Positions 23,491 to 36,738 of a DNA stretch of 64,000 bases are shown in pieces. Position 1 is the first letter of the stretch. Each line of letters begins with the position of its first letter. The stretch is from Hypanus sabinus (Eukaryota). Below the pieces are notes generated by a model, which did not search any database, was not told where the DNA came from, and saw only the letters and a program-made list of their open reading frames with translations. Both the position numbers and the translations under genes were made by a program. Where the stretch lies: contig NC_082715.1 of NCBI RefSeq assembly GCF_030144855.1, forward strand, positions 62,806,001-62,870,000. The letters are read 5' to 3'.

Positions 23491-23659
23491 ATCACAGGAA
23501 TATGAAAAATGTGATTTTTAAAGGTAGTCCAGTCATAGAATTTAATGTAATAGATGTTACTGACCAGTTAGAAACATAACCAAAGAGCTATCAAGATTAT
23601 ATTTGAAAACTCGACCATATCTACCTGGCAACTGGCTAGTGGCCAGAAACAAACCAGAT

Positions 23660-24012
23660 ATTGAATTGAATTAAATTTATTTCTTACATCCTTCACGTAC
23701 ATGAGGAGTAAAAATCTTTACGTTATGTCTCTGTCTAAATGTGCAATGTGCAATCATAGTAATTTATAATAAATAGAACAGTCAATGTAACATAGAAATA
23801 CACTCAAATCAGCATGAGCTTATCAGTCCCTTGACCTGGTGGAAGAAACTGTCCCAGAGTCTGTTGGTCCTGGTTTTTAAGCTGCAGTACCATTTCCTGG
23901 ATGGTAGCAGCTGGAATAGATTGTGGTTGGAGTGACTCCAGTACCCATAGATCCTTTGGGCCATTTTTTCACACCTGTCTTTGTAAATGTCCTGAATCAT
24001 ATAAAACTGCAC
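23660..24012 (-). mobile_element. Rex1/Babar-like 3' end
   Basis: ORF 23809-24012 encodes IQDIYKDRC...HNLFQLLPS....SLKTRTNRLWDSFF; (ttgaa)n tail. Confidence 0.85.
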
Positions 24013-25854
24013 CTAGCAGCTGATGTGAAACTGAGAGCTGACAACATCAGAGACTTTAACAATCAGATCTGCAATCTGTGATACTGGTAAGTATGAATGG
24101 CGATATATCTACCTTCCTCATATTCATCCAACTTCATTCAGACAACAGACCAAGGATAAGTCAGATGGTGCACTGAATCCATTGTCTCGCAGACTTACAC
24201 CCCATTGACTGCAGACACAAACTTTTACCCTGGGATTTGACCTTTGGACTTCCATTGATTAGGTTTCTTGCTTTCAGTCTTGACTTTGAATATAAAAGAC
24301 TGGAACAGTTCAGATATTCCAAAGCTACAAGGACACAGAAAAATATAAGTATTAATTTACAATCTTATCTTCTGTTTTTTTGACCCAATCCTTGGCCCAT
24401 TTGCTGCCCTGGGAACTCAACTGTTTACTTAAAGAAAAGTAATGCTGTTCTTCACCAGATATTCTACCCATCTGCACAAAACACTTGATTTAAATTAGAT
24501 TTGTAAGTAATTTGTTGACTTGATTTTAATTTCCTGCCCATCAAGTTTCTACCAGGTTTGCAAGATGAAATATCATTTCTTAAGTGTTTTGAGTAAAATT
24601 GAGCACATTTATTATTTATAAATGGTATGATTTAGTTAACGATAATGAATGGATTCCCTCTCAATCATACAACACACATTGATTTTCAAAGCATTTTATG
24701 TCACATTCGGAGGCCTTGACTTACAGGCCAGAAAAAAATGTCACTATGTCTCATTGACCTCCGAAGATAAATGCAAAGGTTGTACATTTTCTATGTTTTG
24801 TACTGTATGTTGTGACATATGAGTTGCCATATTTAGAAATATTAAAGGAGCCAAGGGTTTGTCCATTAACCTCGAAGCAGAAAAGTCACGTCTGATGTAT
24901 TCCGCATTACAGGAAATTATATTTCACCATGACAACCTCTAGTGATGAATAATTAAGTATTTAATATGACATTCCAGTCATGAAAAATTATAATTTCACA
25001 ATTGATAATCCATTAAATCCATTCAATTTAATTTTCTACCGTAAAGAGAAAGATAGTTTTGTGAAATAAATGTTTTTTTAATGGTAAGAATGGGGTAGTT
25101 ATGGTTATTACCTCTGACTTTTTCTAAAGACAAGTCATATATCCCACCGGGAGAATTTTATGAAAAATTTAGGAGGAAAATTCAGACATAAATGCATTTT
25201 TTCAGTTTGTAGATTGCCTCCTGTCACGCTGTCTGCTACACATAATATTCAGTAGTAAAGCCAATATAAATCACTTGGCAGATTGTACTACAGGAGAGTC
25301 CAGTTCCAATCTGGATAATTGATTGGAGGACAAGTATATGCTACTGAACAAGTATGCAGAAAATATTGGTGGAAGAACCTTATTGCATTAAGAGGTTGGA
25401 GAAAGAGCCAGCTAGAGAACCATATTCAGCACGGTGAATTTATTGAAACAACAATAGATTGAAATATAAACAGAAAAAGAACATTGGGCTTAAATAAAGG
25501 ATCTAGTGTTTTTGGGCAGTTACATCAGTACCACATGAAGACACACTATCTGCAGAAGACACTTATTCAATTCATTTCCAACCAGTTACTATACAAGTCC
25601 TGTACAACATTGATCACTTGAGACCTAAAGCATACAAAAGATACTGATGCATTCATTTCACAAGAGAAATGCTTCTGTATGACCCTGTATCTATCATAAT
25701 GTTGTGTGCAAACAGCCATTATGGTCGAATACCAAGTTGTGCTTCCCAGAAAATACAGAATTCTGTATCTTTAAAAATTATAGTTCAGAGCACCACCGGG
25801 TTTACTGTCTCCTGTCACTCTCTGCTTCCATTTCACTCAGTCGGGGAGGGCCAA

Positions 25855-26610
25855 CCAGGGTAGATCTTACACAGTGAGCAGTAGGGCGTTGAGGAGTGTG
25901 GTAGAACAAAGGGATTTGGGAATGCAGGACCATAATTCATTGAAAGTGGCATCACAAGGACATAGGGTCATAAAGAAATGATTTTGACACATTGACTTTC
26001 ATTGGTCAAGGTACTGAGTACAGGAACTGGAATGTTATGTTGAAGTTGAATAAGATGTTGGTCAGGCTTAATTTGGAATACTGAGTGCAGTTTTGGCTAC
26101 CGACCAACAAGAAAGGTGGAAATAAGATTGTGAGAGTACAGAGAAAATTTACAAGGATGCTGCTGGGACTGGAGGACCTGAATTATAAGGAAAGATTGAA
26201 TAGGTTAGAACGTTATTATCTAAAACATAGGAGAATGAGGGAAGATTTGATAGAGATATACAAAATTATAGATAGGGTAAATACTAACTGGCTTTTTCCA
26301 CTGAGGTTGGGTAAAACTACAACTAGAGGTCATGGGTTAAGGGTGAAAGGTAAAATGTTTAAAGGGGACATGAGGAAAAACTCCTTCACTCAGATGATCA
26401 TGAGAATGTGGAACAAGCTGCCAGTGCAAGTGGAGCACGCAAATTAGATTTTGATTTTTAGGAGAAGTTTGGATAGGTACATGAATGGGAGGGGTACGGA
26501 GGGCTATGTTACAGATGCCTGTCAATGGGACTAGGCAGTTTAAATGGTTCGGCATGGACTAGATGGGCCAAAGTGCCTGTTTCTGTGTTGTAGTTTTCCA
26601 TGACTCTATG
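25855..26610 (+). mobile_element. CR1 LINE 3' portion
   Basis: ORF 26085-26447 encodes QFW...RVQRKFTRML...REDLIEIYKI...TRGHGLRV; tail ends ccatgactctatg. Confidence 0.9.
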
Positions 26611-26679
26611 CCTCAATCCACAGACAGCACAGCCCTGGCGGATCCATTGCTTCTACATGCTCTTGGCCAACTGTACTCA

Positions 26680-27700
26680 TCTCTGCCTTTGCTGTTTTCC
26701 ACAAGGACCACTGTGATACTTTTTGTGGGTCTCTAATCTCTTATCTCCATGGCACTTTCTGTATGAGCTGCAACTCCTTTCCACACCCCTCCACTTCACC
26801 AGCATCAAGCAATCTAAATAGCCTATCCAAGTGAGACAGAGGTATATATGCACCTTCTCGGACCATGTTTATTGAAATTGGCATGCTCGATGTAACTTCC
26901 TATAGTTCAGCAAAGCCATCAGTAGGTTAGGTCACCAGCATGCAGAACACTGGAACTCTGCCAGTGTTGACCATTTTGAGCTTCCAGTCTCTTCAGCTTC
27001 CCTTCCCATCCCCATATCATCTTGTTTGTCTTCAGATTTCACTACCACAGTGGGGTCAAATCCAAATTAGAAGAACAACACATCATATTCCACTTGGGTA
27101 GCAAACAACCCAATTATATGTTTTATGTTTTTTTACTCCAAAACATAAAACTAATCAAAATAAAAACAGGGGAGTCTGGAATACTTGTCTAACTTCGTTT
27201 TAACTTTAAGCAAGGCACGTACGTATGATGTGGTCGGGTCACAATGTATGTAATCCACCTATTTTTTACATATAACCCATAATGAATTATTTAAATAAAT
27301 AAATAATGCTTAATCAAAATATATTTACAATATTACTCAAATATAACTGAAATATTAAACACATTACAGTATCAACATGAAATAATCCTCTTTCAGGAAT
27401 GCTTCCCCTGCTGTTGTCCTTTCTCACGTCTACCAGCCCACCCAAGGACTCACTTCCTTTGTTCTCATTTCTAATTCCTTTGTGTCCCCTTACCTAGACA
27501 TTTTAACCCCCACCCTCAGCTGGTTCTATCTATCAATATCCACATACCTATCCACCTGTTTCTTCTCTCTTGGCCTCCCTTCCTTTCACTACCCCATATC
27601 TGATTCCATCATTGTCCTTCATCTAGTTCCACTTAACACCCACCAGCCTCTGGCTCTAAGCTATGAACCAATCCCTCCTTCTCACTCATTTCAGCTCACC
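26680..27700 (+). mobile_element. Decayed Penelope-like GIY-YIG remnant, split by the insert at 27119-27368
   Basis: QVRQRY.CT.S..VY, RLG...AEH, KLEEQHIIFHLGSKQP, followed by a pyrimidine-rich tract. Confidence 0.65.
27119..27368. mobile_element. Probable solo LTR (250 bp)
   Basis: Begins TGT and ends ACA with an imperfect 12-nt terminal inverted repeat (tgttttatgttt / aaacacattaca). Interrupts the PLE frame. TSD only partial (ttata/gtatc). Confidence 0.5.
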
Positions 27701-28699
27701 AACAATGATTTCAACAATGCAATGTTCCACATCCAATTTTGAGTGTTCGCCTGAACTTGGTGCATTAGAATCCATTCATCAGCTAACATAGAGCCGAGAG
27801 CTCCACCACAGTATTAAAGTTGTCACCACTATATATCCAATTGAAAAGGTTTACTTGTATAAATGTTGAAATACAAATGTTTGTATTTGGAGACTTCCCA
27901 AGGTGCAATAAACATGGTCTGAAAGATCAGAAATAGTGAAAGGTGTTGGATTGCTCTTTCAAAAGGAACTTCCTGATAATAAAAGGAATAATGTTTCAAA
28001 AAAGAAGCAAGTGACAAGTGTGGTTTCATTATTCACAGGACATGTGTGTTGCTGGTAAGATCAACATTTATTATTGATACCTAATTGTCTATGAGAAAGC
28101 TTGCCTTCCTGAACTATATTGTACCATGTCAAAAAAGTACTTCCATATCAGTAGATCCAATAGTAGAAATCCGAATCTGTGATTATGGTAAATCTATCGT
28201 TGTGATAACCACCAGATATATTTGCCATAGTGGTGTGTCATTTCATTTTTCAATTTAATTAATCAGCATCAATATTTTCAAAATATGTTCATTTATTTCA
28301 GACTTCCTCTGTCAAGCTCATCTGCACTCGTTGACCAGCCCAGGAGCCCAATAAGTCACTCACCTATCATATAATTCAGACCTTAATATTGTTTTGGTAA
28401 TTATTAAAATGGTGTCCACCCATAGGAAACAGCACACTGTTCTAGTAAGACAGAAGATCCCAGTTGCTTCTACACCCAATTTGCACAGGTGAATGAAATG
28501 TAGCACAACTCATTTGGTGGTGTTTCATGTTCAAACCAACACACAAGGTTCACTCAAAAGTCCAAAAGTTAGGGACACAGAAATGGATGGTGAAGATGAG
28601 GAACACATCTTCCCACTTCCAGTACAAGTTAACAAAAAACACCCACCCTTCAAAGAAATCTCACTGCTGTATAAAGGAAAAGAGTCTTGGTAAATGAAT

Positions 28700-29330
28700 C
28701 TGTGGTCCTTTTTCCTGGTCATGCAGCTTGGCGCTTTGATATCTCCAGATCTGGCCTGGAAGGTGTGTGCCTTCGGGGTGCAGCTCTGTGGACAACATGG
28801 TTCCTTACCAATGTCACTGATGGAAGCATCGCAGGAGATTGAACCATATAGACAGCAGGTAGCGTGCGCTGCTTTTGGAAGGCCCCTGCACTCAAGCAAT
28901 CTCTCTCTCTCTCGATGGTGAGTGAGAGTCTGTCAGCCCTCAAGTCAGGGGACTTGGACACGCAACAAAGCAGATTGTAACATCGAATCCGTGAGCTGCT
29001 GATCTCCCACTCTCGTTTGCTGCAGGAGTGTTATCTCTCTCTCTATTGCTTGTCTGAGGTGTCAAAGTGTTGGGATGGACAGTACTTTTTTTGATAGTCT
29101 CTTTGAGGGCTTTGCAATTGCTTGCATGGTTGGGGGGGAAGGGTTGATGCTATTACTGCTGCTCGTGAGTGGGAGGGGAGGCTTTGGGATTCTGATGTTT
29201 CTGTCATTCATTCTTTGGGGTCTTTTCTGTTTCACAAACATCTGCAAAGACTAAGAATTTCTGGTTGTATACTGTATATTTTCTCTGATATTAAATTGAA
29301 GCATTGAATCATTAAATTGTACCATTGAAA
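28700..29330 (+). repeat. Unclassified non-coding retroposon with LINE-like 3' tail, copy 1
   Basis: Shares ctgtcattcattctttggg and the aag(a/c)atttc(t/a)gg.tgtata...ctga..ttaaa tail with 36739-37408 (minus). Short tandem tail. Confidence 0.6.
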
Positions 29331-30099
29331 ATTAGTCATTTGGGCAGAGGGGAAAAGCTAGGTAAAATTTTTACATAAACTGTGTATGTAACTTATCAGA
29401 GTGCATTGCAGAAAAGCAACAATACAACTGAGACAAGAACATCAGTGTGCATGACAGGATGCTGACAACTGTCATAGTCAGAGAGCAGAAATAATAAGTA
29501 GAATAAGAAAATTAAAGAACATTGGTAACTATTAAATGTTGTGATCCATGAGAAAGATTTACACCAGTGAACCAGAAACGAATGTGACACCGGAATTTGT
29601 ATTGAAAATATCTGACCTGTTGAATGTCTGGTGTGTAGTATGCCAGGGAAATGTTGTCATCACCTGCATTCTCATGCCGCAGTTGACAGGAATCTCCTGC
29701 TCTCTGGGATGAACCGGGAACCAGCTACATTATCAACTGAAAATGTTTTAATATTTATTCATTTTTGGGACATGGAGCAAAATTTATTCCCCCCCCCCCT
29801 CTAAATGTCCTTCAGAAAACAGTGAGCATTCTCCTAGAATACTGCGGACCTCCTGGTGAAAGTACCTCCACAAAGTTGTTGGGTGGGGACATCCAGGATT
29901 TAGATGCAGCAACATATTTCCAACTCAGACTGGTATGCATATTGAAGAAGAATCTGCAGTTGCTGGTGTATATCCACCCAAGTCAACAGCAGGGCCTGAT
30001 TTGAGCTCTTCAGCATTACACCGAAGCACCTGATCCAATCTAATTTTTGAGCAAATTCTAATGCAGACAGAATGACTGCATTGCTAGGTCCAGCTCAAA

Positions 30100-31495
30100 C
30101 TGAATCATCAAGTTGGCTGATGACACTACAGTGATTAGCCTCATCAACAATGATGAGGAGATGGTACACAGAGAGGAGGTAAAGCAGCTTGTAGAAAGCC
30201 ATGAACACAACAATTTGCGTCTCAATGTGGATAAGACTAAAAAGATGATTGTGGACTTTAGAAAGGTGCAAGCTAACCACTCCTCACTTCACATAAAAGG
30301 CTCCTCCGTGAATAGAGTTAGGAGAACCAGGTTTCTGGGATTGCACGTAACCAATAATCCAACATGGTCTTGCAGCAGTGTCTCCAGTTCCTGAGGAGAT
30401 TGAGGTGAGGGAGGCTGTCCTCCACCCCCATTTCAACCAATTTTTACAGGATCAACATTGAGATTGTCCTGACCAGCTGCATCACTGTCTCATACAGGAA
30501 TTCAGAATCAGGATCAGGTTTAACATCACCAGCATATGTCATGAAATTTGTTGTCTTTGCAGCAGTAGTACAATGCAATACATTATAATAGAAAAAATGT
30601 ATGAATTACAGTCAATATATAATAGTTAAATTAAATAAGTAGTGTAAAAGTGGAAAGAAAAGAGTAGTGAAGCAGTGTTCATTGGTTCAGTATCCATTCA
30701 ACAATCAGATGACAGAGGGGAAAGAGCTGCTCCTGAATCATTGAGTGTGTGTCTTCAGGCTTCTGTCCCTCCCTCCTGAAGGCTGCAATTAGAAGAGGGC
30801 ATGTCCTCGGTGTTGGGGGTCCTTAATGATGGACGCTGCCTTTTTGTGATCACTCCTTGAAAAACGCTAGTCCCCATGACGGCACTGACTAAGGATACAT
30901 CTCTCTTCAGCTTATTTTGATCCTCTGCACTACCCTCCCCTCCATACCAAAAGAGTAGTCAGAATGCTCTCCACGGTACAACTGTAGAAACTTAGGAGTG
31001 TTTTTTAGGTGACAAACCAAATCCCCTCAATCTTCCAATGAAATACAGCCGCTGTTGTGCCTTCTTTGTAGCTGTATCGACCGCAAGACCATAAAATTGA
31101 TTGTGAGGACTGCTGAAAGGATCATTAGTCTCTCTTCCACCCATCCAAGATATTTATCAGGAACACTGAGTGCACAGGGCCATTAGATCCTTCCCATGGA
31201 CAACAGCTTCTTCCCCCGGGCCATCAGACTACTTAGCTCCCTGCCACTACCCAAGTCTCATTGCGTATGAAGCACTGGCAGTTTTATACTGTTTACTTTG
31301 TGACTTGTGTCATAAATGCACCTTATGCTAAAAGTCAATATTCTGGAATATACTTTATTATTTGTAGTAATATTACTTTATGTGCTATGCATATGTTGCA
31401 TGTACTATGTTCAGCAACTTGGTCTGGAGAAACATTGTTTCATTTGGTAGTATACGGTACATGTATATGGTTGAACGATAATAAACTTGAACTTG
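30100..31495 (+). mobile_element. Rex1/Babar-like LINE, split by an opposite-strand Rex copy
   Basis: ORF 30113-30394 encodes ADDTTVISLI...NLRLNVDKTKKMIVDFRK. Resumes at about 31079 (DRKT...VRTAERII). Tail aataaacttgaacttg. Confidence 0.8.
30503..31078 (-). mobile_element. Rex1/Babar-like 3' end nested in another Rex copy
   Basis: Tail cagaatcaggatcaggttt at 30503. Minus strand encodes KAASIIKDPQH.GHALF. Confidence 0.85.
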
Positions 31496-32514
31496 CTCCT
31501 CCACTGCATGTTTTCTCAATGTACTTAAACGCTAGTCACTATCTAAGATCATTCCATCTTCTCTAGGCAAAGAGGAGAGCAATTATGTGGAAGAACACTC
31601 ACCAGCAGATCACTGATTTTTTTTTTTGCAATAAATTCTCAGCTACCTATCCATGGAGCTGAGCAGGCAAAGTAACATACAGGTAGAGAGGGAGAGCACA
31701 GGGAGATCAGTGACAGGCAATGATATTATTGAAGAGAAGTGAACTGCCAGTATACCTCTATCTACCTACAGCATCCAGATTGGTTCCTCAAAAGATCCAT
31801 CAAATACACCCTCCTCCAACCATCCCAGCCAAGAGACACCTACCCCTCCCACCTCCACTTCTCACACCCTCCGCCTCAGTCTCCACTTTTAACAGGAAGT
31901 CATTGCTTGCGAGAGTTTTTACTCCTCTGCAAAGTTAATTAAGATTTCTGACTGAACCAATATCATTAGTTGGAGCAGACTGGCCTTCAGCACAAGCAGA
32001 AGAGTAATGCCCAAATTTGCTCACGGTCAAATATTCAATGATCTGTTAGACATGACAACATCAGCAAATTACAAGACAGGGTAATTTATAATTCCAGCAT
32101 TAATCAGCCCCATTTGTTTGAACAGTCCAAATAACTAAAGAATATTAATTGAAAAAATATTAATAACAACAGAGGAAAGATATATCCTGCAACCTGAACA
32201 ATGTATATGCAAAGTAGTGAGACTCAACAGGCCTGCCAGGGCACAACATGCTAAAAGAGATAGATGGCAATTATTTCATCAAGAAGCTAGTGAGCAATCA
32301 AGTGAAATTTCAGACTGAGTGATCAATGTTACTCCATGAATTCAACAGCTCTTTGATATAATCTAGTTGATTGTTGCTCCCCATGTATAAACAGCAAAGG
32401 TGACCTTGGAGCTGGGCCTTGGGGAGAAATTGCAATTAATTGCAATTAAAGTTCCCTCCATTTGGATTAGATAAGGTTATTAACCGAAAACTGGACTTAC
32501 TGTGCTAACATCAA

Positions 32515-33050
32515 TAAGCCCCAAGACCTTGGCCTCAATACCTCCTTGTGCATTTGGATCCTCAATTTCCTTACCTGCAGAACCCAGTCAGTTCGCATTG
32601 GTAACAACATCCCCTCCATGTTCTCCATCAGTGCAGGTTCACCACAAGGCTACATTCTTGGCTCCCTGCTCTACTCACCTTATACTTATGACTGTGTGGC
32701 TAAGCACAGCTCCAAAGTCATATTCAAGTTTACTAACGACACAACTGTGGTAGGCTGAATCAATGGAAGTGATCAATCAATATATAGGAGTGAGATTGAA
32801 AGTCTGATTGAGTGGTGCCATGACAACAAACTCTCACTCAATGTCAGCAAGACCACGGAGCTTATTACTGACTTCAGGAGGAGAAAACTGGAGGTCCACG
32901 AGCCAGTCCTCATCAGAGGGTCAGAGGTGGAGAGAGTCAGCACCTTGAAGTTCCTCGTTATTAATATTTCGGAGGGCCTGTGCTGGAACCAGCACATAAA
33001 TGTACTTACAAATAAGCATGGCAGCACCTCTACTTCCTTAGGGGTTTGTA
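32515..33050 (+). mobile_element. Rex1/Babar-like RT fragment
   Basis: ORF 32546-32758 encodes WILNFLT.R.QSVRIG...[19 protein letters not shown]...FKF..DTTVVG. Confidence 0.88.
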
Positions 33051-33609
33051 GTAATCTAATGCTTCGAAGGCAACTATGAAAAGCATATGGGGGCACCACA
33101 ACTCTAAGATCATTTAAGGTCACACATTGCCCCGATTTGGATTGTTGCTCATTTATCCTCTTATTTACAAAACCATGAATCACTCTCCTGAAAGTACTGC
33201 AGAAACGTCTTCACCACAGTGACTACAACAAGTTAGAATGGACTTATGGAATGCCAGCTGTACGTGTTCACAATGATAGAAGAACACGACTCAGCACCAG
33301 CTTCCCAAGGGAAATTAACAATGGGAAGTAAGTGTAGGCCTTACCTGTGATGCCACATGTCATATATGATTAAATCGATTAGCTGATTGTCTCTGACTTT
33401 ACCTTATCACCCAATGTCAATATTATCCTAATTTCTTGAAATCAAATGCAGGTCCTAGTAAATTAAAATTAAAACTGTTGAGCAGCCCAAGTACAGTATG
33501 ATGTTGATGGGAGGGAAGACTGTGGGGGATCCTGGTAAAACTGTACAAAGCAACTTGTAGAATTAGAATTGCTTTATTATTGTCATATGTACCAAGATAC
33601 AGTGAAAAC

Positions 33610-34115
33610 ATAAGATCATATGACACAGGAGCAGAGATCAGATATTCAGACCTTGAAGGCTGCTCCGCTATTCGTGGCTGATTTAATATCTCTCTCAATC
33701 CCATTCTCTGGCCATCTCCCCATGACTTTTGACTCCCTGACAAATCGAGAACCTATCAACCTTTGTTTTAACTATATCCAATGACTTGGCCTCCACAGCC
33801 ATTTCTGGCAATGAATTCCACAGATTCACCACCCTCTGGCTAAAGAAATCTCTCCTCAGGCTGTGCCCTTTGGTCCTAGACTCCCCCACTATAAGAAATG
33901 TCCTTTCTCACATCAATTCTGTCTTGGCCTTTTAATATTCAATAGGTTTCAATGATCCCCCCTCATGCTTCAAAATCCCAGTGATTACAGGCCCAGAAAC
34001 ATCAAATGCTCTTGTGCATTAACTATTTCATTCCCAGAATCATTATCGTGAGCCTCCTCTGGACTCTCTCCAATGCCACCACATCTTAGGATTGCTCACA
34101 ATACTCCAAGTGGAA
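33610..34115 (-). mobile_element. CR1 LINE 3' end
   Basis: ORF 33695-33889 encodes SRTKGHSLRRDFFSQRVVNLWNSLP; tail cataagatcata. Confidence 0.85.
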
Positions 34116-34139
34116 CATTAACTTAACATGTCTTTTTCC

Positions 34140-36138
34140 TGGAACTGACTGATGCATTACTGCAATCTTCTACCTGGTAATAGTAATCCTATAGTTGGTA
34201 CACGCATCAGAAAACTTGTCGACACAGCGCTGAATATTGTCTTTTGAATCAGCATTGGAGGCACAATCACAAGCAAAAAAAAAGTCTCTGATGATGTTTG
34301 TCATAACTTTAGATTTTGGTTGGAGCCTTCTGAGGTTGAAGAGTTTCCCATCAATGTGGAACCTGAAATCTTTGTCTATGTCACCATTTCTGAAGGCATC
34401 AGTCAACATGGTGGAAAACGCCAGACTGAATAGCATTGGCACCAACAGGCAATGACAACACCTGGATCAGATGCAATACCAACTGAGGCTTACAAGGGAG
34501 CTGGTGCAATGCTAACAAAAAAGCTCTGTCAGAACTTCCAACTCTTGTGGCAGAAAGAGACAATTCCATAGGAAGCTATAGATGCAGTCATCATCCACCT
34601 GTATAAGTGAAAGGGAAGCCAACAGTACTGAGACGACTACTTGGGAACATTCTTGCTGTCTATTGCAGGCAAGTTCTTGGTCTGTCTTTTGCTCAACCAT
34701 CACATATCATGTCTTGACCGGGGTCTCCTACCAGAGAACCAGTATGGATTCCAGAAAGAATGTATGACCATTGACATAGTGTTTTTTTGCAAGTGAAATG
34801 TCAAGAGCAAAACTCTGACCTGTTCTCCTGTTATATCTATCTGTTAGCAGAAAGGGTTTGTAGAAGAACATGTCAAGGTACAGATGCCCAAAGAAATTCA
34901 TCATTATGTTGCAGCATTAGAGCTCATTTTCAATGTTTAAGAGAAGTTTGAACAAGTATGGATGGCAGGTGTATGGACGGCTATGGTCCAGGTGCACGTT
35001 GATGGAAGTAGGCACTTTAAATGATTCAGCATAGACTAGATGGGCCAAAGGGCTTGTTTCTGTGCTGTACTTTTCTACAGCTCTATGACTTTATTCCAGG
35101 ATGACTTGCAAGCTAAAGTTCAGGACAATGGTGTGACATCCAAGCCCTTCCCTATTGACTTTTTATGGACCCCTCTTGGGCTGGATATGAATGTTTCGAT
35201 TAGAAATGACAAGACAGTGGTCTGCCCAGCATTCAGCACTACATATAGATTTTGTCACCCTAATATCCTGCCGGTCTCTGTTCCTGATAATGACATAGTC
35301 AATTAGATGCCAGTGCTTAAAAAGGGGATGCATTCAAGAGTTTTATTGTGGGTGGGAAGGTGGAAGATGGTGATGATCAACAGTTCGTGTTCGGCACTTG
35401 TTTGGGGTAGTAGGAGACTGCTGACCAATGCCGTATTTCCCAATGACCCAATCCCAGGAGGTGTTGTCAGAGACAGTTCTTGCATTGAAGTCAGCTTGTC
35501 TGCTTTGGGAACAGTGGCAATAACTGATTGCAGTTCTTCATAGAATTTGTCCTTGGCGCCACCTGGCTTGGTCATGATTGGTGAAGTGCTTATGATGGCA
35601 GATGCTTCCCATGTGACAGTATGAGTTTCATAGTCATGAAATGGTCATTCAAACTCTTTGATGGTCCAGCAAGTGTGCCAGTGATCTGCCTACACTGTAA
35701 ATCCAATCCCAGCCTCAAGTCAGTCTTGATTTCCTCTTCCACTCAAAAAGAATGTGTATCCTGCACCCCTTTCACAAAGTTTGCCATCATCTGCAAGCTG
35801 GGTCTCACTCGGGGCTGCAATATCGATAAAATACCAGGCTGATTCTCTCCCTATTAGAGCAATTCCCCTCTTTAATTTTCCTTTCAGTGTATTTCGGTCA
35901 TTGTGATACAGACCCTGCCACTGCTGTGAACTGTCCAGGGAAAGACGGGAGCAGGTAAAGTTGAGGACAATTTTCTAGCTCCTTCCTTAAATCATGGAGA
36001 TGAGCAGTGCATTCCTGAAAGGGCTGCTCAGTCATTCAGGTGGTTGCCAAAAGCCACTGCTGCTCCTTGTCAGGAGATAACGACCCTATGGTCTGAACCA
36101 CCAGTGTGCAGGTTTGTAGCTGGGGTTGTCGGTGTACC
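34140..36138 (-). mobile_element. RTE-clade LINE (EN and RT remnants) with internal inversion; 5' UTR continues at 39143-39685
   Basis: EN KDKFYEELQSVIATVPKADKL (minus, 35303-35575). RT N-half on plus (34455-35155: PGSDAIPTEAYK, IIHLYK, LSIAGK, LPENQYGF, KCQEQN). RT C-half on minus (34170-34452: DGKLFNLRRL, FFFACDCA). Confidence 0.85.
34920..35090 (+). repeat. CR1 3' tail inserted in the RTE RT
   Basis: tttaagagaagtttg...gactagatgggccaaagggcttgtttctgtgctgta...ctctatgact matches the tail at 26455-26610. The RTE frame resumes after it (FQDDLQAKVQ). Confidence 0.85.
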
Positions 36139-36738
36139 AGTAGGTTACCGCAAATAAAGAGGCAGAGGTGCTTTGTTTCAGAAAAGCCGAAGCAACTCAG
36201 TTATTGAACACTAAAACTCAACACAAAGCACTGTTACGTAATTACCTCATCATGTCTGACCTGCCTCTTACAGTGAACCCCAACCCAATATTGGAACGTG
36301 TGAACCCCCCTGCCCTGAGTTCACTAAAACTAGCATTGAGCATGGACAAGCAGCACAGCTCGGGTCCTATGTTCCAAGGGTGGAAGACACACTCATGGTC
36401 ATGTCGTGACAGCAGAATCCTCAAAATCTTGGTGGGCCAGTTCCAGGCTTACCTCTCTTATCTATGGGAAAAATCTTTTCTCTCCTTTCCAAAATGCAGA
36501 AAGGGCTATTGTAAAGAGGCCTAAGGGGATGGTGGTGTGCATTATGGGGGACAAAAACAAATATGGTGGAATCTAAGTAACAGGAATCCAAGAGAATGCC
36601 AGGAGAAAGAAATAGCTGCAAAAGAATTAGATTTACTGAGGAGGGTGGAACTCTGTTGAGAAGCTAACCAGGTGGATGTGGTGTCAGGAATAAAATCACC
36701 TGGCACTGGTAATGGCTGCCCCTATGTCAATTCAGGGT

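Noticed and set aside
28493-28693. 66-aa ORF with an acidic stretch as a possible exon
   Set aside because: No recognisable homology or clear splice signals. The length is expected by chance.
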